From: a virus
Lineage: Duplodnaviria > Heunggongvirae > Uroviricota > Caudoviricetes
IMG/VR virus record: IMGVR_UViG_2667527839_000010
DNA: 14,104 nucleotides
Reading direction: 5' to 3' (one strand)
Below the pieces are notes generated by a model. That model did no database searches and was not told where the DNA came from. It was given only the letters and a program-made list of their open reading frames with translations. Positions 8,046 through 14,104 of the stretch are shown here, piece by piece (the stretch's first letter is position 1; each line of letters starts with the position of its first letter). A program made the position numbers and the translations under genes.

Positions 8046-8593
8046 CGGCCCGAGGCACGCCTGACCAGGCACTTACCAGTTTTCGGAATGCCCGTATTCT
8101 GTGGGCCGGACATAATGAGAGCCGAAAAGCCATTGAACAACAGATAACATCTCTCCTCGCTGCCACAGAAAAACCAGCAGATTATGCCCGACAGCTCGAA
8201 TTACTGCGGGAACGTCTGGATGTGCTGAAATGGCAAATTAACTGTGCTGCGCGCGAATGCATTTACTCGCAGCATTTACTGATGGAGGCCTGCACAGAAG
8301 CCGCTCTCAGCAATTTTATGCAGGCGAATGGGGCAGCCCTGACATCTGCACTGGCTCCGTTCCTGAAGGGGCGCGGAGGGGTTGACGTTGCGTCCCGTAT
8401 ATTACGCAGTGCTCTGGTTCGCCAGCTGGCAATAACACCGCCTGAAATTGCCGGGGATTATCGTGAGATCCTGGATGAATCCGGTTTGATGCCTGACCCC
8501 GGGATGATTCGTGATTGCCAGGGTTCTTACACCCCGGCACAACATCTGCGTTTTCAGCAACGCCTGAATGACATTAACGATATACAGGAGTGA
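8042..8593 (+). CDS. psu: Psu-like (polarity suppression / capsid decoration family), 183 aa
   Basis: Start overlaps the Sid-like stop (ATGA at 8042-8045). Motifs LELLRERLDVLKWQINCAARECIYS, FMQANGAALTSALAP and YTPAQHLRFQQR resemble P4 Psu as I recall it. Confidence 0.6.
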   Translation: MTARGTPDQALTSFRNARILWAGHNESRKAIEQQITSLLAATEKPADYARQLELLRERLDVLKWQINCAARECIYSQHLLMEACTEAALSNFMQANGAALTSALAPFLKGRGGVDVASRILRSALVRQLAITPPEIAGDYREILDESGLMPDPGMIRDCQGSYTPAQHLRFQQRLNDINDIQE

Positions 8594-8598
8594 TATTA

Positions 8599-8871
8599 AT
8601 GGCACTTAAATGTCCGGAATGCGGTACAGTTGCACACGCCAGAACAGCAGCCTATGAAGCTCCGTCAGTTAAACGCTCGTGGTATCAGTGCCAGAATCTG
8701 GAATGTTCCTGCACATTTACGGCACTGGAGAGTGTGGATAAGATAATCATGAAACCCCGGCGCAATGAACAGCTATCAGACAAAGCACAATCCCCGGAAA
8801 AACAACAGAAAACGCTCAATCGCTATGGCTCCGCGTCAAAACTGTCAAGCCGTCAGCAGATTCCTGTCTGA
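8599..8871 (+). CDS. ogr: Ogr/Delta-family zinc-finger late transcription activator, 90 aa
   Basis: MALKCPECGTVAHARTAAYEAPSVKRSWYQCQNLECSCTF has the CxxC-N22-CxxC arrangement and HART/YQCQN signature of P2 Ogr / P4 Delta. ATG 8599 with AGGAG (8586-8590); the track GTG at 8590 overlaps the Psu-like stop. Confidence 0.85.
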   Translation: MALKCPECGTVAHARTAAYEAPSVKRSWYQCQNLECSCTFTALESVDKIIMKPRRNEQLSDKAQSPEKQQKTLNRYGSASKLSSRQQIPV

Positions 8872-8890
8872 TTAGAAAGAACGCCCACGT

Positions 8891-8917
8891 AATCCCGGTC
8901 CAGTACCGGGATTTTTT
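8891..8917 (+). terminator. Rho-independent terminator of the late operon
   Basis: Perfect 9-bp stem aatcccggt (8891-8899) / accgggatt (8905-8913), 5-nt loop, followed by TTTT (8914-8917), 20 bp after the ogr stop. Confidence 0.6.
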
Positions 8918-9072
8918 ACCCCCTTTTCCTGGCTGACATGAGAGCGCATGAGTGCATGTCTATGGCGCATGAAAACGCATGAGTCTTATGCACCATTTTT
9001 GACGAGAAAACCCTTGTGTGCTGGCTTCTGAGACGATTAATGAGGTGCATGAAAACCAGTCTGTTAAGCGAA

Positions 9073-9100
9073 GCGGGCAGGCGTGCGGGGCTGCCCGCAC
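9073..9100. other. GC-rich palindromic element, possible cos-like site
   Basis: gcgggcag(9073-9080)-N10-ctgcccgc(9091-9098); the core ggcgtgcgggg resembles the start of P2/186 cohesive ends as I recall them, and it sits where P4 carries cos (after the late operon). Confidence 0.25.
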
Positions 9101-9278
9101 TAACGGTGATAATTGTGATGTTGCGATATCAAGAGAGATATAAGAATGCTGTATTCAATAAGGTATTGCTTTCAATTGTTAGATTTATTTTTGTTTAAAT
9201 GTCAATGGTTTAGGTGGTTGCTGGCAGCCAGTACGCTTACTTATTGAAAATCTCGCATCTTTTGCTATCCTAACCCTA

Positions 9279-9479
9279 CCTTTACGCGCGGGATAACAGG
9301 TTTATCCTTGTCGGGCGTTTCGCCAGACACTAATTTATTGTGGACATTTAGGGTTGCGCTTTAGCACTTTCAGCAAGATCCTTCATGCCACTGCGTTCCA
9401 TTCAGGATCTTGCTGAAAGTCTAAAGCGCATCCTTTAGGTAAAGGGGTCGAAGGTGGCTGGTTAGCCACCTTTTCTTTT
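9279..9479 (+). ncRNA. Candidate retron msr-msd non-coding RNA (boundaries tentative)
   Basis: Structured leader upstream of the effector-RT operon. Possible promoter: TTGAAA (9244-9249), 16 bp, TGcTATCCT (9263-9271). Short hairpins ggataa-caggt-ttatcc (9291-9307) and gggcg-ttt-cgcc. Long hairpin with arms 9356-9382 and 9404-9429 (26/27 bp complementary, one bulge, 21-nt loop) as candidate msd. Possible short a1/a2 pair cctttac (9279-9285) / gtaaagg (9439-9445), only 7 bp. No covariance model was run. Confidence 0.4.
9453..9479 (+). terminator. Intrinsic-terminator-like hairpin between the ncRNA region and the effector gene (possible attenuator)
   Basis: 7-bp stem ggtggct (9453-9459) / agccacc (9464-9470), 4-nt loop, then TTTTCTTTT (9471-9479); the effector SD (GGAG 9481-9484) and start (9499) follow directly. 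Confidence 0.5.
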
Positions 9480-9498
9480 GGAGTAGGGGGTCACAAGG

Positions 9499-10485
9499 GT
9501 GAGTGATTCTGCATATATGAATGCATTACAAGAGCAGTTTGGAGATTTGAAATATTCAAATTTCACTGTTCAGTTCATGCCTCCTATTATTTTTGTTTGT
9601 GGTGGGCCGATAAATTCCACTCCAATGAGTGTACGAGACCACATATTTACTTATGTAGCAGGCCACAAACCTGAATTGTCAGATTCTCTTATTTTAGCTG
9701 AGAACTTCCATGACTACTTCAGAGAGGGGGCATATTCAGATCTAATGAGCTTTGAAGATGATATTGCAAATATTTCAACATTAGTTGTTATCTGTTTAGA
9801 AAGTGCAGGTTCGTTAGTTGAGCTTGGATTATTTGTTAATAGGAAGTCTCTAGCTCAAAAATTGCATGTAGTCGCACCATTTGAGGAGATTGAGGGAAAT
9901 GAACGAAAAAATATTCCTGCTAGATCTTCTTTTATATATTTAGGCCCTTTGGAGTATCTTAAAAAAATAGATGAGGCCTCAGTATCAGTTTATCCATGGC
10001 CAAAATCGGATCGTATGAAATATGATGAGGTTGAGCTTATCTACCATGATATTCATTCTAGATTAAAACGTGTAAAAAAAACGGAGCGATATAACCCTGA
10101 AAATACTGGGCACCTAGCTATATTGATTTACGAAATAATCCTTTTATCAGAACCAATCAAGAAAAGCGAAATAGAGTGGGCACTATACTGTATGGATATA
10201 GATGTGCCACAAAAAATAATATCTCGTTTACTTTATTTGCTTGAAAAGATGAAATTAACCTCATCATTATCTTACAGTGGTACAGACTACTTTTATTCCC
10301 GAGGGCATAGAGAGAGTAAACTTAAATTTGGTATCAGTGCTAGTGGTAAAATAAAGGATTCTATGAATATTAAGGTTGCAATCCGACAATCTTACTTAAG
10401 TATGGATGCTAAAGATATGGACGAGACTGCAAAAAAAAGGAAAAATGCTCTAAATCAAATCAATATCGTGCGTGGAGGGGCTTAG
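9499..10485 (+). CDS. Retron effector: nucleoside 2-deoxyribosyltransferase-like (NDT-like) domain protein with a C-terminal putative DNA-binding region, 328 aa
   Basis: N-terminal PIIFVCGGP and STLVVICLESAGSLVELGLFV fit the NDT fold (Rossmann-like strand, then a conserved Glu in a VELG context); C-terminal half is a separate, helix-rich region. GTG start at 9499 with GGAG/AGGGGG upstream; alternative ATG at 9517. Stop TAG 10483-10485 abuts the RT start. Confidence 0.8.
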   Translation: MSDSAYMNALQEQFGDLKYSNFTVQFMPPIIFVCGGPINSTPMSVRDHIFTYVAGHKPELSDSLILAENFHDYFREGAYSDLMSFEDDIANISTLVVICLESAGSLVELGLFVNRKSLAQKLHVVAPFEEIEGNERKNIPARSSFIYLGPLEYLKKIDEASVSVYPWPKSDRMKYDEVELIYHDIHSRLKRVKKTERYNPENTGHLAILIYEIILLSEPIKKSEIEWALYCMDIDVPQKIISRLLYLLEKMKLTSSLSYSGTDYFYSRGHRESKLKFGISASGKIKDSMNIKVAIRQSYLSMDAKDMDETAKKRKNALNQINIVRGGA

Positions 10486-10486
10486 A

Positions 10487-11419
10487 ATGGAGTTGCTAAG
10501 TTATATTTCAAAAGGTCTTTTTCTTAGCGAAGAAGAGGCTAAAAGGTATATTGTTACTATTCCACGCAGATATAAAATTTATCCTATCGCCAAAAGAAAT
10601 GGTAATGGATATAGATTAATTGCACAACCAGCTAGGCAAGTTAAAGCCTTACAGAAGGTAGTAATCAATCATATGTTGGCTAATTTGAAAGTTCATGAAA
10701 ATGCTTTCGCTTATGAAGCCGATAAAAGTATTAGATCTAATGCGTTAATGCATTGTAATAATGATTATTTGCTTAAAATGGATTTTAAAAACTTTTTTAT
10801 GAGTATCAAACCCCATAATCTTTTATCTGTCTTAAAAGATTATGGCGTTGAACTAACTGATACTGATATCTTTGTTCTTAAAAATCTTTTCTTCTGGAAG
10901 TTAAGAAGAAATAGCCCATTACGCCTAAGTGTTGGAGCACCTTCTTCTCCCATTATTTCAAATGCAGTAATGTATTTCTTCGATGAGGAAATATCGAAAA
11001 GATGCAAGGATTTGGATATTACCTACTCAAGGTATGCTGATGATCTTACGTTTAGCACCAAAGTCAAAGGAGCTTTATTTGATGTTCCTAAGTTAGTAAG
11101 GGAAGTTCTTAACGTAGTAAATCTTAGGAATATTAAAATAAACCATGAGAAAACAGTTTTTACCTCAAGGAAGTTTAATAGACATGTAACTGGTGTAACT
11201 ATTACGACTGATGGTTATTTGTCTTTAGGTCGTGATAGAAAGCGTCTTTTAAGAAGTAAAATACATTATTACGTGTGTGGGGTTTTATCTGAGAAAGAAA
11301 TTCTAACCCTTAAAGGAGAATTAGGCTATGCGAAATTTATTGAACATAAATTCTTTACCTCCATGATTAAGAAATATGGGGATGATGTAATCAGCGAAAT
11401 TTCAAAATATGAAATTTAA
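10487..11419 (+). CDS. ret: Retron-type reverse transcriptase, 310 aa from ATG 10487 (315 aa if GTG 10472)
   Basis: Retron RT motifs: YRLIAQPARQVKALQKVV; LLKMDFKNFFMSI (cf. DxxxFFPSI); SVGAPSSPIISNAVMYFFD (cf. QGAPTSP); YSRYADDLTFS (YADD); NHEKT; VTGVTIT (retron-specific VTG). GGAGG at 10474-10478 precedes ATG 10487. AT-rich composition matches the effector gene. Confidence 0.9.
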   Translation: MELLSYISKGLFLSEEEAKRYIVTIPRRYKIYPIAKRNGNGYRLIAQPARQVKALQKVVINHMLANLKVHENAFAYEADKSIRSNALMHCNNDYLLKMDFKNFFMSIKPHNLLSVLKDYGVELTDTDIFVLKNLFFWKLRRNSPLRLSVGAPSSPIISNAVMYFFDEEISKRCKDLDITYSRYADDLTFSTKVKGALFDVPKLVREVLNVVNLRNIKINHEKTVFTSRKFNRHVTGVTITTDGYLSLGRDRKRLLRSKIHYYVCGVLSEKEILTLKGELGYAKFIEHKFFTSMIKKYGDDVISEISKYEI

Positions 11420-11664
11420 TAGCTTGTTGTCCTAATAAATCAGCATGACTTTATCTAGCTTGCGCAAGGTTGGTTCAGAGGTTTGGTTGTTCTGGTTAGG
11501 CTCTGTAAGACGGAACCTAACTAGGCAACTCTATCTTGCTAATTCATTTATTGTGCTAGTTAGCAACAATAAGATTTTGTTGGGGGCACAAAATGGGGCA
11601 CAAGTCATAAGCTATAAAATTTTTATCATCATGTTCAATGAGTTATATAGTTATTCTATTCCGG

Positions 11665-11696
11665 CCTTCGCACCTTCGCACCTTCGCACCTTCGCA
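11665..11696. repeat. Perfect tandem repeat (CCTTCGCA)x4 within a tRNA-Leu 3'-end-like sequence (putative degenerate attR)
   Basis: ccttcgca at 11665-11672, 11673-11680, 11681-11688, 11689-11696, preceded by ttctattccgg and followed by ccatcgg. The context TTCtAtTCCGGCCTTCG-CACC...A resembles the 3' end of E. coli tRNA-Leu(CAA) leuX (..TTCGAGTCCGGCCTTCGGCACCA) as I remember it. Confidence 0.85.
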
Positions 11697-11712
11697 CCAT
11701 CGGAACATCAAT

Positions 11713-11735
11713 AGACGTCAACGGACGTTTTTTTT
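11713..11735 (+). terminator. Short hairpin plus T8 run downstream of the retron/att region
   Basis: acgtc (11715-11719) / gacgt (11724-11728), 4-nt loop, then 8 T (11728-11735). The stem is short, so confidence is moderate. Confidence 0.4.
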
Positions 11736-11901
11736 ATGACTGAAATCCGCGCCACACAAGGCTTTTCGCTATTTTTCGCTCAACCTAAGTCAACCTACAT
11801 CAACTTACTGATGTGGATACAGCTACAGCTGCGGCTATATCCCGATTCGATAATGTTTGTACCCACACAAAACCCTTGAAAGGCTACAAGGCTGAAATTG
11901 T

Positions 11902-12087
11902 CTAAACCATAGAGATGATTTTTATGATCCAGTCTTTCTCTTGTTGAGATAGTTCCAGTTTGCTCACTCGTGTTAAGAAGGTATTGATCACCTGAACATC
12001 CGAATTGGTGAGCCTATTTAATAGAGCGGGTGGTATACCTTTACTAACAATTGCTTTGCGGTGACTTTCGTAGTTTTTATTACTCAT
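11902..12087 (-). CDS. Hypothetical small protein (61 aa)
   Basis: Open frame only; no motif recognised; may be a fragment together with the upstream 77-aa ORF. Confidence 0.3.
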   Translation of the reverse strand: MSNKNYESHRKAIVSKGIPPALLNRLTNSDVQVINTFLTRVSKLELSQQEKDWIIKIISMV

Positions 12088-12152
12088 TGGTGATCCTCAA
12101 ATATCATTGTATGGCGGCATTGATCGTTTCCAGCAACCTTTACTTACTCACT

Positions 12153-12386
12153 TCAAACTGCATCCTCGTAGACTGTTCCACTACAATAATCGAAAAGGCG
12201 CGGATGTCCATTCAGGTATCCCGCTAATACGTATAGCAATAACAATGGTTTATGCGGTGCGCGCTGTTCACCCTTATGCCAGATTTTTATATTGGCAATT
12301 GCCTGCTGTAGCGATTTACTGGAAGCCATTGATATCCCTGGCAGTGAAATAATTGCGATCATGCTCGCAAATTTTCTGCTGTTCAA
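12153..12386 (-). CDS. Hypothetical small protein (77 aa), hydrophobic N-terminus
   Basis: Open frame only; overlapped on the + strand by an implausible 81-aa ORF (12107-12352); could be a gene remnant. Confidence 0.25.
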   Translation of the reverse strand: MNSRKFASMIAIISLPGISMASSKSLQQAIANIKIWHKGEQRAPHKPLLLLYVLAGYLNGHPRLFDYCSGTVYEDAV

Positions 12387-12465
12387 GCCTGCAAGTGAAG
12401 ATATATTACCTTGATCTCATTTGTTTTTTTGCTGCTTGTTCTGAGAACGTATAAGGACATTCTCC

Positions 12466-13116
12466 ATGAATAAACTCCCCGATCATCTTCCTCGGCGGTA
12501 TATCATCAAAGCTATTCATTTATGGGATGCGGGAGAAACTCATCAGTTCCAGCCTGCACGGTTGTATGAGATTGAATATCATGGCCGACGTTACCCCTCG
12601 AAGGCGATTGCTGGTATCGCAGCGACATTGATGACGGGGACGCAATTTACCCCTGCGGATTTCACCGGCGGAATAAAATCTAAATGCGTCAAGCTACTTA
12701 TAGATCAGGGATTTCATATTCATCAGGATAAAGCCGCTGCGGCTCCCATAGCCGATGTTCTGTTCCCGGATGAGTTGCCGTCGCAGGGGACCTACGTTGA
12801 AGGTGCGGCGATAAAGGTGACGGTAAACCGCTATGAACGCGATAAAAAAGCTCGCGAGAAAGCAGTCGAACATCACGGATGCCAGTGCAACGTATGCGGC
12901 GTTGATCTGGTGAAGATCTATGGCGATATCGCTGAGGGTTTTATCCATATGCATCACCTGGTGCCGCTTTCAGCCATTAAAGAGGATTACCAGCTGGATC
13001 CAGTTAATGATTTACTTCCTGTGTGCCCTAATTGCCATGCGATGCTGCACCGGCGCAAACCACCGTTTACGCCGGAGGAGTTAAAAGCGCTGATGGATGC
13101 GAATAAATCAAATTAA
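12466..13116 (+). CDS. HNH endonuclease family protein (McrA-like C-terminal HNH nuclease with an N-terminal putative DNA-recognition domain), 216 aa
   Basis: C-terminal CQCNVCGVDL...FIHMHHLVPLS...DPVNDLLPVCPNCHAML matches the HNH zinc-finger nuclease motif. ATG 12466 with AAGGA (12453-12457). Confidence 0.8.
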   Translation: MNKLPDHLPRRYIIKAIHLWDAGETHQFQPARLYEIEYHGRRYPSKAIAGIAATLMTGTQFTPADFTGGIKSKCVKLLIDQGFHIHQDKAAAAPIADVLFPDELPSQGTYVEGAAIKVTVNRYERDKKAREKAVEHHGCQCNVCGVDLVKIYGDIAEGFIHMHHLVPLSAIKEDYQLDPVNDLLPVCPNCHAMLHRRKPPFTPEELKALMDANKSN

Positions 13117-13123
13117 TGAACGC

Positions 13124-14104
13124 TCACCTTTCGCGCCAAAACTGCAAAATTGCTTCTACAAACCTGTCAGAAATAATCCCCCGACGGGCTGCCGCGCTGA
13201 AATGACTGCTTCGCAGTGCCGTCGTCCAGTTCTCCGGTGACCGGTACGCTGAACCGTAATATCCCGTGCTTAAATCGTCCGGATCTTCATCAGGCGCGTT
13301 CGTCAGTCCTCTTTCACCTTGTTGCTGGAAGTCGACGAAAATAATATTGGCTAAAACATTATTTTGATAATTGCCATAAATAACTTCATACGCATGAGGG
13401 AAATTTTCTTTCCAGTACCAGGTGGTATCGCCGCAAAACCATGGTGCGTCAGTAATATTATTAAGCTGAGAATGGTATTGTTTTAGATCCCTACGAAAGG
13501 CTTCAACCATATGATTAAAGTGTTGAGGATGTGACGCGTAGTCACTGGTCATTAAGTCAAATTCGCCTTGCATCCAGCATACGCCGAGGAATTTGTTCTG
13601 CGGGTTTTTTACCAGTGCGGCTCGCGTTCTGCTGACTAAATCCTGGTATAGCGGAGTATCCGTTCCCCAACGACAAGCATCATGGCTGGCTCCGTGCCGT
13701 TCTGAATATGTCCCTTCGCTGCCCGCTGTAAAAGCCGATCCGCCACGGCAACATGGAACGATGAGAACCCCTGCATTATCAGGAATAAAGGGTAGTAATT
13801 TCCGTGCAATATGCAGTGCCTGGCCAACGGTGCCGTACTGTGTTTGATGATTCGTTGCCAGAGGATGGTGATAACCCTGCATATCCTGAACATCGTGTGG
13901 GCAGTGAGTCAGTGGAATAATGTCGTTAAAGTGACATGACGGGCCTCCGGGATGCGTATGCGCAAATCTCGCTAATTGTTTAATTCTGGGATGAGGCGCA
14001 TCTTCACTGTCCGGTAATGGCAGTCCTTCGCCATACGCCATGGCATTAGACTGACCAGCAACGGTAAGAACATAGTAATAATCGGGCGATATTATTGCGT
14101 CCAT
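13124..14104 (-). CDS. nanS: SGNH-hydrolase family sialate O-acetylesterase (NanS/YjhS-like), 326 aa; start codon at the window edge
   Basis: N-terminal YYYVLTVAGQSNAMAYGEG (GQSN block of SGNH/sialate O-acetylesterase family); length 326 aa matches chromosomal NanS as I recall. Converges on the HNH gene with a 7-bp gap. Window ends at its ATG, so an upstream extension cannot be excluded. Confidence 0.75.
   Translation of the reverse strand: MDAIISPDYYYVLTVAGQSNAMAYGEGLPLPDSEDAPHPRIKQLARFAHTHPGGPSCHFNDIIPLTHCPHDVQDMQGYHHPLATNHQTQYGTVGQALHIARKLLPFIPDNAGVLIVPCCRGGSAFTAGSEGTYSERHGASHDACRWGTDTPLYQDLVSRTRAALVKNPQNKFLGVCWMQGEFDLMTSDYASHPQHFNHMVEAFRRDLKQYHSQLNNITDAPWFCGDTTWYWKENFPHAYEVIYGNYQNNVLANIIFVDFQQQGERGLTNAPDEDPDDLSTGYYGSAYRSPENWTTALRSSHFSAAARRGIISDRFVEAILQFWRER

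Noticed and set aside
6908-8990. 13-mer GC(G/A)TGAGTCTTAT present after the primase stop (6908-6920) and again at 8977-8989
   Set aside because: A single 12/13 match at 2 kb distance is expected by chance many times in a 14-kb window on two strands.
9016-9198. 60-aa ORF in the cos-like intergenic region
   Set aside because: No RBS and an implausible composition; it overlaps the GC-rich palindrome.
9356-9429. Reading the two arms of the long inverted repeat as the retron a1/a2 repeats (they resemble the Ec86 a1 TGCGC...TTAGC pattern)
   Set aside because: Only 21 nt lie between the arms, too short to hold msr and msd; the whole unit is more parsimoniously the msd stem-loop.
11665-11696. Tandem repeat as a CRISPR array
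   Set aside because: The units are 8 bp with no spacers; this is a microsatellite-like expansion, not a CRISPR array.
11420-11700. Region downstream of the RT as the location of the retron ncRNA
   Set aside because: It has only short, imperfect inverted repeats (ctaactag/ctagttag) and direct repeats; the upstream leader has far stronger structure and matches the usual ncRNA-effector-RT order. It is kept as an alternative in the findings.
11445-11714. 89-aa ORF downstream of the RT
   Set aside because: No RBS, and it reads through the (CCTTCGCA)x4 tandem array and the att-like sequence; it is more likely non-coding.
12107-12352. 81-aa plus-strand ORF overlapping the 77-aa minus-strand ORF
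   Set aside because: Antisense overlap, no RBS, improbable sequence.

Overview
The window reads as a nearly complete P4-like satellite prophage (about 11.7 kb) carrying a retron in its accessory region, followed by a short flank. All calls are from reading the sequence and recalled family motifs; no searches or folding were run. Backbone, all on the + strand except one small regulator: P4-type tyrosine integrase (1-1263), an AT-rich orphan ORF, an AlpA/Vis-family regulator, a divergent ribbon-helix-helix gene with three upstream direct repeats, a translationally coupled early operon ending in an 890-aa zinc-ribbon/TOPRIM/Walker-A primase-helicase (4229-6901), a cluster of TGTTCCACC iterons (P4 type I iteron-like), and a coupled late operon of Sid-like, Psu-like and Ogr/Delta zinc-finger genes (7302-8871) with a terminator. 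The most interesting content is at 9.2-11.4 kb: an AT-rich module with a structured non-coding leader (27-bp-stem hairpin, then an intrinsic-terminator-like hairpin), a 328-aa nucleoside-deoxyribosyltransferase-like (NDT-like) protein, and a 310-315-aa retron-type reverse transcriptase. This is the architecture of NDT-effector retrons, a known anti-phage class, so the family is not new; the exact variant, its ncRNA boundaries and its placement may be. Right after it, a (CCTTCGCA)x4 tandem repeat sits inside a sequence resembling the 3' end of a tRNA-Leu, which I interpret as a degenerate attR. Beyond that lie two small minus-strand ORFs, an HNH endonuclease gene, and a 326-aa SGNH esterase (NanS-like) that looks like chromosomal flank.
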